From positions 20,183 to 84,182 of the forward strand of contig MHAY01000002.1 in the NCBI GenBank assembly GCA_001804705.1: a stretch of 64,000 bases of DNA, given 5' to 3'. The stretch is from Ignavibacteria bacterium RIFOXYC2_FULL_35_21 (lineage in GTDB: Bacteria; Bacteroidota; Ignavibacteria; Kapaibacteriales; UBA2268). Made by a program: the position numbers and the translations under genes. This document shows positions 8,887-16,923 of this stretch, piece by piece. Each line of letters starts with the position of its first letter. Position 1 is the stretch's first letter. Below the pieces are notes generated by a model. That model saw only the letters and a list, made by a program, of their open reading frames with translations, made no database searches and had not been told where the DNA came from.

Positions 8887-10857
8887 TCAATAACTAAAAA
8901 TCAACCATGCAATAATCAAAATAATACCGCCCATCATTAGCAGTGCATAGTTTTGAGCGACTCCTGTCTGAATACGTCTGATTTTCTCGCCGGCTCCGAC
9001 TGTAACAGTTGCTAATCCGTTGACGAAACCATCTATAATTTTTACATCAAATATCTTCCAGAGGAAACTCTGTGATAATTTTAATATCGGAGTTCCTATA
9101 ATTGCGAAATAAATCTCATCAAGCGAATATTTATTTAACAATAATTTATATACAGTTTGAAATCTTCCAGCCAATGCTCTGGGGAATGCCCATTGTTCAT
9201 CGCTGTAAAACCGTTTTGCAAGATATATGGCAGTTAGGGCAATACCAACAGAAACAAGCATTAATATATATTCAATCGAATGAATCTGATGTCCTTCGGT
9301 TCTTTGTAAAATTACCTGGGCAGGCTGAAATACAGGATGGAGCCACGATTCGAGCAAATTGGGTTTGGTGTTGAACCAGAAGCCGAGTGCATAAGGAACA
9401 CCAAGAAAACCACCTACAGCCGACAGGAAAGCGAGTATGATTAAAGGTAAAGTCATCACTTTTGGCGATTCATGCGGATGAACATGGTGGTGGTCAAACC
9501 TTTCCTTACCGTGAAATGTTAACTTTAACAATCTGAACATATAGAATGCAGTGAAGAAAGCCGCTGTGGCACCTATCAGCCAAAGAAAAATATTTCCGTT
9601 GCTGAAAGCATTCCATAATATTTCGTCCTTTGAAAAGAAGCCGCTGAAAAACGGAATTCCTGAGATAGCCATCGTTGCGACAAAAAATGTTTTATATGTA
9701 ACGGGCATATAACTTTTCAGTCCACCCATGTTTTTTATGTTCTGTTCATCATGCATGCCGTGAATGACCGAACCTGCACCAAGGAAGAGCAGTCCTTTGA
9801 AGAATGCATGTGTCATTACATGGAATACTCCTGCAGTGAATGCCCCAACACCGAGAGCCGCAAACATATACCCAAGCTGGCTTACAGTAGAATAAGCCAG
9901 TACCTTTTTTATATCATTTTGAACAAGTCCTATTGTAGCCGCAAAAAATGCCGTTGCTATTCCGACAATAGCCACAACTTCCATCGAGACAGGGGAGAGT
10001 GCAAACAATACCGAGTTTCTTGCAACTAAATATACACCCGCTGTAACCATCGTTGCGGCATGAATGAGGGCTGAGACAGGTGTTGGCCCTGCCATCGCAT
10101 CGGGAAGCCAGACTGCAAGTGGTATTTGTGCAGATTTACCGGTGCAACCTAAAAACATCAGTAACGTGATTGCTGTAATTGTCCCGCTTCCGAAATATTT
10201 CATCGTATCTGCAGCGGCGAGGCTCGAAACTTCAGTGTATTGCAACGAACTGAATTCATTAAATATTAAAAACATTGCTATGATGAATCCAAAGTCTCCG
10301 ATTCTGTTTACTATGAATGCCTTGTTTCCCGCATCTCCTGTCCATGTGATTTTATAACCTTCGAATTTCCTGTCATACCAGAATCCGATTAGCAGATAAG
10401 AGCAAAGCCCAACGCCTTCCCATCCAAGAAATGTGAATAATAAATTATCGGCAAGAACAAGATTCAGCATCATAAAGATAAACAGATTCATATATGAAAA
10501 GAACCTGTAATAGCTCCTGTCACCCCTCATGTAGCCGATTGAGTAAACATGGATTAAAAAGCCGACGCCAGTTACAATCAAAGAAAAAAGAATTGACAGT
10601 TGGTCAACCTGGTATGAAACGTTAATGTTTAATGCTCCTGTTTCAATCCATTTGTAAACCGGTACTAATAGGGGTTTTTCATGCCCCTTGCCCATAAAGT
10701 CGAAAAATATAATAAGCGATATTATTAACGAGCCAAACACAGTTCCACTTCCGATTGTGCCTATGATTGCTTCTTTTTTAAAATATTTTCCAAATAATCC
10801 TAAGATAAGAAAGCCTATGAATGGGAGCAGAGGGACATACTTGATTAATTCATGCAT
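8887..10857 (-). CDS. nuoL: NADH-quinone oxidoreductase subunit L
   Basis: 656 aa. WLPDAMAGPTPVSALIHAATMVTAGVY and KKVLAYSTVSQLGYM motifs, with a long C-terminal extension typical of NuoL. Confidence 0.9.
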   Translation of the reverse strand: MHELIKYVPLLPFIGFLILGLFGKYFKKEAIIGTIGSGTVFGSLIISLIIFFDFMGKGHEKPLLVPVYKWIETGALNINVSYQVDQLSILFSLIVTGVGFLIHVYSIGYMRGDRSYYRFFSYMNLFIFMMLNLVLADNLLFTFLGWEGVGLCSYLLIGFWYDRKFEGYKITWTGDAGNKAFIVNRIGDFGFIIAMFLIFNEFSSLQYTEVSSLAAADTMKYFGSGTITAITLLMFLGCTGKSAQIPLAVWLPDAMAGPTPVSALIHAATMVTAGVYLVARNSVLFALSPVSMEVVAIVGIATAFFAATIGLVQNDIKKVLAYSTVSQLGYMFAALGVGAFTAGVFHVMTHAFFKGLLFLGAGSVIHGMHDEQNIKNMGGLKSYMPVTYKTFFVATMAISGIPFFSGFFSKDEILWNAFSNGNIFLWLIGATAAFFTAFYMFRLLKLTFHGKERFDHHHVHPHESPKVMTLPLIILAFLSAVGGFLGVPYALGFWFNTKPNLLESWLHPVFQPAQVILQRTEGHQIHSIEYILMLVSVGIALTAIYLAKRFYSDEQWAFPRALAGRFQTVYKLLLNKYSLDEIYFAIIGTPILKLSQSFLWKIFDVKIIDGFVNGLATVTVGAGEKIRRIQTGVAQNYALLMMGGIILIIAWLIFSY

Positions 10858-11015
10858 TACAATATACCTGTCTTATGTTTTACCTTAATCCTTATCCTTT
10901 AACCCGGTTAGTAATTTCCAATCCATTGGTCAAAGGAATTGCAAAAATTCAAATATTAAAATTACAAAAGTTCCTATATTCATACAACTGAAAAACCTAA
11001 TATTCCTTAATAATT

Positions 11016-11195
11016 GTCATACCTGCGAATGCAGGAATCCATTTTGCCCCCTTTTTCAAAGAGGGATTCCAATTTCTATCCGTGTTTGGAGTTCGGACAG
11101 AACAATGTTCTGTCCCTACACGATATCCATGTCAGGAGTAACTCCTGACACGGTTTATTTACTCCAACCACCAATCCCCAACCCCCAATCTCCAA
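11016..11195. repeat. Mosaic of five different REP-like elements packed back to back
   Basis: The five elements in order: gtcatacctgcgaatgcaggaatccat (11016-11042); ttgccccctttttcaaagagggattcc (11044-11070); ggacagaacaatgttctgtcc (11095-11115); atgtcaggagtaactcctgacac (11129-11152); ccaaccaccaatccccaacccccaatctcc (11164-11195). Confidence 0.85.
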
Positions 11196-11245
11196 AAATA
11201 ATTTTTAATTCTCATCAATATTACTTAAATTTTAATTCCTTAAAT

Positions 11246-11563
11246 ATGATATTGGAGTCTATGGCTGACGAAACTACTGTTACACATGGTGATTTGACCG
11301 GTATTGACACAGACGTTGACGTTATTGACGATATAACAACGGCGGCAAAGGTCATTCTTTATAACGATGAAATTCACACTTTCGAAGATGTCATTAACCA
11401 ATTAATCAAAGCAATAGACTGCACACTTGAAAAGGCAGAGTCTCTCACATGGGAAGTTCATACTAACGGAAAAGCAGTCGTATTCAGCGGCGAGATTCAC
11501 GACTGCCTCAAAGTCAGCTCCATACTCGAAGAAATCGCATTGCATACTCAGATTGAGTATTAA
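11246..11563 (+). CDS. clpS: ATP-dependent Clp protease adaptor ClpS
   Basis: KVILYNDEIHTFEDVINQLIKAI...AESLTWEVHTNGKAVVFSG is the ClpS core. The start is moved to an internal in-frame ATG because the upstream part of the tracked ORF translates REP elements. Confidence 0.85.
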   Translation: MILESMADETTVTHGDLTGIDTDVDVIDDITTAAKVILYNDEIHTFEDVINQLIKAIDCTLEKAESLTWEVHTNGKAVVFSGEIHDCLKVSSILEEIALHTQIEY

Positions 11564-11570
11564 AAATAGA

Positions 11571-11602
11571 TTTCCCCTCTAAAAAGAGGGGATAAAGGGG
11601 TG
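11571..11602. repeat. REP-like family A (ccc(c)tNNNNNaggggat..ggggt)
   Basis: tttcccctctaaaaagaggggataaaggggtg. Family members are listed in the findings. Confidence 0.8.
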
Positions 11603-11704
11603 TGTAATAACAATTACGAATGTCGATAATCTTATGAAAACATCATTAACAATATTTGTCTTCCTGCTCCAGGCTTTGTTCATTTCGGCTTCAGCTTTTT
11701 GATT

Positions 11705-12102
11705 TCTATTTCTTCGTGTCCTTTGCGAATTCCTTTGCGGCTTTGCGTGAGAATAACCCCATGCTTCAGCATGGGGGGCATGAGACGTGACCCACAGCTA
11801 TAGCCCTGCCCCCATCTTAAAATATGGGGTTAATCACCGAAATCAAAGTCCTGACAATTAGGCTATGGATGCTGAAATAAATTCAGCATGACATTTTCCT
11901 GTTCTTTAATTATCTATTTCTTCGTGTCCTTTGCGAATTCCTTTGCGGCTTTGCGTGAGAATAACCCCATGCTTCAGCATGGGGGGGCATGAGACGTGAC
12001 CCACAGCTATAGCCCTGCCCCCATCTTAAAATATGGGGTTAATCACCGAAATCAAAGTTCTGACAATTAGGCTATGGATGCTGAAATAAATTCAGCATGA
12101 CA
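11705..12102. repeat. Tandem duplication (period 208 bp) of a composite unit of about 190 bp made of several palindromic modules
   Basis: Copy 1 at 11705-11893 and copy 2 at 11913-12102 are near-identical. I saw one extra g and one c/t difference. Confidence 0.9.
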
Positions 12103-12122
12103 ATGGAAAAATTTGGATTAAT

Positions 12123-12148
12123 GTCACCCTGAGCGTAGTCGAAGGGTC
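12123..12148. repeat. REP-like family D (gtcaYcctgagcgtagtcgaaggRtc)
   Basis: gtcaccctgagcgtagtcgaagggtc. A second copy at 24045-24070 lies inside a CDS. Confidence 0.8.
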
Positions 12149-12149
12149 A

Positions 12150-12740
12150 TCATTCGGAATTCTTCTTCAGCTCTTCATAATTAAAATCATGAACACCGAC
12201 ATCGGGATATTCGCTGTCTTGCCCTTCTTCGGGTGTTTGAAGTGAAATAAATGTTTTCTTTCCGCAGGAACATACTACTTCGATAATTTCAATATCACCA
12301 TTCTCATTTTTATGAACATAAACCGAAGAATGTTTCTGCTCATCATTAATTGCAGGGTCATCTAAGATTTCCATCATAACACCTGAATCCCTAACTTTTT
12401 CCGCAGGTATTCTACTGCTATGAGGTATATCACTTTCAACACCAGATATATTTCTTATTTGAAGATAATCCTTAAACTTCTTTTTTAATACTTCCTCGGT
12501 TGTTTTTTCATATTCCTCAGGGTCACCCTTAATAAGATTGGAGAAACTTTTATCTTTCCGCAAATCTTCCGTTAAGGTGAGAGCCTCGATAAGTTCTTCA
12601 TCAGTCATTATTGAGGGTTTTTGTTCGCCTTCCTGTTTATTAACAACCAAATCCTTATCGAATTCCTCAGAAAACGGAGAGTCGTTCCCATTTAAGTTCT
12701 CAGTATTTTGCTTATTCTCTATGTTCTCTGTCTCACTCAT
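12150..12740 (-). CDS. Hypothetical acidic protein
   Basis: 196 aa, very D/E-rich, no recognised domain. Its codon usage looks like that of its neighbours. Confidence 0.45.
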   Translation of the reverse strand: MSETENIENKQNTENLNGNDSPFSEEFDKDLVVNKQEGEQKPSIMTDEELIEALTLTEDLRKDKSFSNLIKGDPEEYEKTTEEVLKKKFKDYLQIRNISGVESDIPHSSRIPAEKVRDSGVMMEILDDPAINDEQKHSSVYVHKNENGDIEIIEVVCSCGKKTFISLQTPEEGQDSEYPDVGVHDFNYEELKKNSE

Positions 12741-12827
12741 TTAAAAATATTAATTATCAATTTTCAATTATTAATTATCAATTTTTAATCAATATCTATA
12801 CCACATTTTATCAATTTTAATTAGTAA

Positions 12828-13736
12828 TTACTCTTTCTTGTACGCCATTGTCTTCGGATAATGCAGTAACTTAAAATCTCTTGTCAGATTATGCAAGGAC
12901 TCGGAATTTCCAATCATCAAATATCCACCCTTGTTTAAAATTTCGTGAAGATACGATAGAACTTTTTGCTTAGAAGGAATATCAAAAAATATAAGAACAT
13001 TTACGCAAAAAATCACATCAACATTTTTTATGGTTTTGATAGCATTGTAATCATACAGATTTACATTAGTGAATTTAACCATTTGCTTGATTCCATCGTT
13101 CAGTATATAATAGCTGTCCGTTTTTTTGAAATATTTCTCTAATATATCCGAAGGTAGTCCTTTCACAGCATAATCTTTGTAAATCCCTTTTTTTGCAGCA
13201 GCAAGAGCATTATTATTGATATCGCTTGCCAAAACCTGGAACTTTGCATTTGGGAATTTTTTTTGAAGTCTTTCCTGAATAATAATGGCAATAGTGTAAG
13301 CTTCTTCGCCTGTGGACGTTCCTGCACTCCATATCCTTATGTAAAGGTCTTCCTTTTTTTCTTTCAATTTTATTATTTCGGGAACGAGATACTTTTCAAA
13401 AGCATCAAACTGTTCCTCAGACCGGAAAAAATAAGTTTCATTGATAGTTATCGATTCCAAAAGTTCGTTGACTTCGTCCCTGTATCTTGGGGATTTAAGC
13501 ACTTTTATATATTCTTCATAGCCGGACATATTTTTTTCAAAAATAATCTTACTTATTCTTCCCTCCAGCAAATACTTCTTATTTTCGGTGTAGAAAATTC
13601 CTGAATATTGATAAATAATATTTCGCAATTCAATAAACGCTCCTGCACTCATTACCAACTCGACAGGCTCCTGCTTAATTGATTCGGTCTTTGTGCTATC
13701 CTTACTATACTTAAATGTAAACAACTGTGCTTCCAT
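12828..13736 (-). CDS. cheR: CheR-type protein-glutamate O-methyltransferase
   Basis: IRIWSAGTSTGEEAYTIAI (SAM-binding motif of CheR) plus an N-terminal CheR_N-like helical region. Size about 300 aa. Confidence 0.8.
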   Translation of the reverse strand: MEAQLFTFKYSKDSTKTESIKQEPVELVMSAGAFIELRNIIYQYSGIFYTENKKYLLEGRISKIIFEKNMSGYEEYIKVLKSPRYRDEVNELLESITINETYFFRSEEQFDAFEKYLVPEIIKLKEKKEDLYIRIWSAGTSTGEEAYTIAIIIQERLQKKFPNAKFQVLASDINNNALAAAKKGIYKDYAVKGLPSDILEKYFKKTDSYYILNDGIKQMVKFTNVNLYDYNAIKTIKNVDVIFCVNVLIFFDIPSKQKVLSYLHEILNKGGYLMIGNSESLHNLTRDFKLLHYPKTMAYKKE

Positions 13737-13870
13737 ATCTATTTCATTAAATAAAAAAACCCTTAACCTAAAACTTTCGCTACTTAATTATCAAAACTTC
13801 AAACTACATTAAAAGTTTATGACCTTCATTCAAAATTCAAAATTCAAAATTTAAAATTTAAATATCCTAA

Positions 13871-14106
13871 TTCCTATGTCCTAATATAATCCCTACGGGA
13901 TAAGTGAGGATGAGAATATTCATCTTCTACTAATATTTAATCCCTACGGGATAATTCTCCATGAAAATTTCAATTTCAATTAAAATTGACCACAATTCAA
14001 AATTTAAAATTCAAAATTTAAAATTCCTATGTCCTAATATAATCCCTACGGGATAAGTGAGGATGAGAATATTCATCTTCTACTAATATTTAATCCCTAC
14101 GAGATA
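13871..14106. repeat. Direct repeat (period 153 bp), each copy carrying a family E element
   Basis: ttcctatgtcctaatataatccctacgggataagtgaggatgagaatattcatcttctactaatatttaatccctacgRgataa occurs at 13871-13954 and 14024-14106. Both copies are preceded by aaattca-type heptamer runs. Confidence 0.9.
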
Positions 14107-14189
14107 AATTTTTAAAATATTTATTTTTTAAATAAAATACAACCACAATACAACACTCAACACTTAAAACTCAAAACTCAAAATTATGA

Positions 14190-15620
14190 TTAAGTAATGT
14201 TTTTCCCTGTGATATTAATCCCAAGCTGCTCAATTCTATATCTTAACTTTGCTCTTGAAATACCGAGCAACTTTGCCGCTTTTATTTGATTCCCGTTTGT
14301 AATATTCAAAGTCTGGATTATCAAATCACGCACTACATTACCCATAGTAACACCATTCTTTGCTATCTGCAGGTAATGCTGCCCCTCTCCAAGTTCGGCA
14401 GCGGCTTTGATTGGTGTTCCGGCTTGTCCTGGGCTTGTTTTGAGGAAACTCAAACTTTCTCTGGTTATTAAATCGCCGCTCTCGAGAAGTATGATTCTCT
14501 CGATTACATTTCGAAGCTCACGGACATTACCTTTCCATTGGTAGTTATTTATTATATCGATTGCGTCGGGAGAAAATCCCTTGACATTTTTATTGAATTT
14601 TTTATTGAACTCTTTAACAAAAGCCTTTGCCATAAGCATTATATCGGCACCTCTTTCTTTCAGAGGCGGGAGAAAAACTCTTGCAACATTTAACCTGTAA
14701 AACAAATCCTCTCTGAATTTCCCTTCTTCTACCAGCTTCTCCAGTTCCTGATTTGAAGATGCAATAACCCTGACATCAACACTTATTTCTTTTGTACCTC
14801 CGAGCCTGTAAAAGCTTCTTTCCTGCAATACTCTTAGCAGTTTCACCTGAAGTTCCATGCTCAATTCCGATATTTCATCGAGAAGTATTGTTCCCCGGTT
14901 AGCTTGTTCAAATTTCCCGGGCCTGATTTTTTCAGTAGCACCCGTGAATGCACCTCTTTCGTATCCGAATAATTCATTTTCAGCTAACTCTCTCGGTATT
15001 GCACCGCAGTTTATTGTTACAAAAGGCCCCTTAGCCTTGTTCGAGTTGTCGTGTATGTATCTTGCAATTAATTCTTTACCTGTCCCGGATTCACCAAGTA
15101 AAATGGCTGTAGTGTCAGCAGATGCTATGATTTTTGCGGTATCTATTGCTTTGTTCATGCCTTCATAATTGCCGAGAATCTCATTTGGTTGTTCTTCGCG
15201 TAGTTTTTCCGAAAGTAAATCAACCTGACGCCTTAAATCATAATTATCTAATGCTTTTTCAACAGCAACCTCAAGCTGTTCCAGGTCGAGAGGCTTGACA
15301 ATGAAATCCTCGGCTCCAAGCTTCATTGCCCTGACAGCCATTTTTATATCGGAAAAAGCCGTCATCATAATAACAGGCATTGTGTAGCCCAGCTTACGCA
15401 GCATTTCGAGGATGTCTAATCCGTTTGCATGCCCAAGAAAAATATCCAGTAACACCAGGTCGGGGCCTATCAGGTGAAATTCATCCTGCGCTACCTGGGC
15501 ATCGGTATATGTAATAACTTTTGAATATTTCTTACTAAGTATTTCTTTAACGGTTGAATTGACCAGCGGGTCATCTTCAATCACAACAATTGTGTAATTC
15601 TGTTGTTCCATATACTCCAA
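14190..15620 (-). CDS. Sigma-54-dependent response regulator (NtrC family: receiver + AAA+ + Fis-type HTH)
   Basis: Receiver domain DLVLLDIFL. Walker A GESGTGKE, GAFTGA, and a C-terminal HTH QIKAAKLLGISRAKLRYRI. Confidence 0.9.
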   Translation of the reverse strand: MEYMEQQNYTIVVIEDDPLVNSTVKEILSKKYSKVITYTDAQVAQDEFHLIGPDLVLLDIFLGHANGLDILEMLRKLGYTMPVIMMTAFSDIKMAVRAMKLGAEDFIVKPLDLEQLEVAVEKALDNYDLRRQVDLLSEKLREEQPNEILGNYEGMNKAIDTAKIIASADTTAILLGESGTGKELIARYIHDNSNKAKGPFVTINCGAIPRELAENELFGYERGAFTGATEKIRPGKFEQANRGTILLDEISELSMELQVKLLRVLQERSFYRLGGTKEISVDVRVIASSNQELEKLVEEGKFREDLFYRLNVARVFLPPLKERGADIMLMAKAFVKEFNKKFNKNVKGFSPDAIDIINNYQWKGNVRELRNVIERIILLESGDLITRESLSFLKTSPGQAGTPIKAAAELGEGQHYLQIAKNGVTMGNVVRDLIIQTLNITNGNQIKAAKLLGISRAKLRYRIEQLGINITGKNIT

Positions 15621-15754
15621 AATATTAGTTAATAATTAATAGTGAACAGTGAATAATTTCGGTTAAAATTTCAAATTTTAATTTAATAATATTTCCTTCG
15701 TTATTCATTTTACATTTTGCATTCTACATTAAAAAAATTTCCTATTTCCTATTT

Positions 15755-16846
15755 TCAATTATCATTAATAACAGGTAATTTTATATAAAAAGTCGTCCCT
15801 TTCCCAACAATACTTTCAATGTCAATAATCCCATTATGATTATATATTATCCTTTGTGTTATGGGTAGCCCTAAGCCTGTTCCTTCAGCCTTCCTTGTAA
15901 AAAAAGGATTAAATACTTTTGGCAAATCTTCAGGACTTATGCCAGCACCCGTATCTGAAATTGATGTTACAACGTAATCAGGCTCTTTGTCTCTCGTTGC
16001 TTTCTCAACAAAAGTTTTTATTTCAATTTTTCCTGCACCGTCAATGGCATCAATCGAATTTGTAATCAAATTTATAAATACCTGCTGCATTTGCTTAGTA
16101 TCAGCCGCTATTTTTGGTAAATTATCTTCAAGTTCAAAATCAACTTCAATGCTTTTCTTGGACAGGGGAGACGATAATAAATCGAGAGTTGAACGTAATT
16201 GAGTGTTAACATCCAAGCCTCTAATATCAGGAATGGATGTCCTTGAAAAACTCAAAGTTTTTTCTACAATTTTAGAAATTCTTTCGACACCCTGCAAAGC
16301 AATTTTCACTTTCTCCAGTTCCTGAGAATCCTTGGGCAATTCTCTTTCAAGAGTTTGTAAATTCAAATTTACAGCCGACAATGGATTTCTTATTTCATGA
16401 GATATTCCCGCAGATAACTGGCCCAGAAGCACGAGTTTATCAGTCTGCAATAATTTATCGGTCAAAATCCTTTGCTCGCTCACATCTCTTGCAATCGCTT
16501 GAATGAGCCTTTGTCCGTCAAAATCAATAAACCTCGCACTGACTTCAATCATTACCTCAATGTCTTCTGAATTATATAGAGTCAATTCACTTAGCACAAC
16601 CGGAGATTCGCTTTTATTCAATAATTTGAATATTCTACGGAATTGAGGCAGTGTAGAGCCGATTAAATTATCTTTCGGAATGTTCATTATATCCGATGCA
16701 CATGTATTGGCATCCAGTACTGTCCATGTGTCCGGTTGAATAATAAAAACCGCATCTGTTGAATTATCAAAGAAAGTTTTGTACCAAGCAAGCTGATGCT
16801 CGATATTCGTTTGCTTATTATCGGTTTTCTTTGTTGTATCAATCAC
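15755..16846 (-). CDS. PAS-domain sensor histidine kinase
   Basis: H-box SHEIRNPLSAV, N-box FINLITNSIDA, G-boxes DTGAGI and GTGLGL. The N-terminal half is PAS-like. Confidence 0.88.
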   Translation of the reverse strand: MIDTTKKTDNKQTNIEHQLAWYKTFFDNSTDAVFIIQPDTWTVLDANTCASDIMNIPKDNLIGSTLPQFRRIFKLLNKSESPVVLSELTLYNSEDIEVMIEVSARFIDFDGQRLIQAIARDVSEQRILTDKLLQTDKLVLLGQLSAGISHEIRNPLSAVNLNLQTLERELPKDSQELEKVKIALQGVERISKIVEKTLSFSRTSIPDIRGLDVNTQLRSTLDLLSSPLSKKSIEVDFELEDNLPKIAADTKQMQQVFINLITNSIDAIDGAGKIEIKTFVEKATRDKEPDYVVTSISDTGAGISPEDLPKVFNPFFTRKAEGTGLGLPITQRIIYNHNGIIDIESIVGKGTTFYIKLPVINDN

Positions 16847-16923
16847 TCAGTGATTACCCTTAACAGATATTTTTATTTAAAAATTCTTTTTCTAATAATA
16901 ATTCAGAATTCAGCATTTATTTA

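Noticed and set aside
9102-10357. Four + strand ORFs (90-97 aa) antisense to nuoL. Similar antisense ORFs occur in glgA (20286-20834), the priming transferase (36463-36996), the GT2 fusion (39884-40402), accA (40977-41366), ptb and hutH.
   Set aside because: All lie wholly inside well-supported genes on the opposite strand. They have low-complexity or odd composition and no recognisable motifs. Long open antisense frames are not unusual opposite genuine coding sequence.
11105-11245. The N-terminal 47 codons of the tracked 152-aa ORF in front of clpS.
   Set aside because: These codons translate family C, family B and ccaatcccc repeat DNA (…MSGVTPDTV…PIPNPQSPK…). The ClpS homology begins only after the internal ATG at 11246.
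11705-14106. Possible CRISPR arrays, suggested by the direct repeats at 11705/11913 and 13871/14024.
   Set aside because: There are only two copies each. The units are 150-208 bp rather than 25-40 bp, and the repeats are almost contiguous with no unique spacers. They are built from REP modules found elsewhere, and no cas genes are present.
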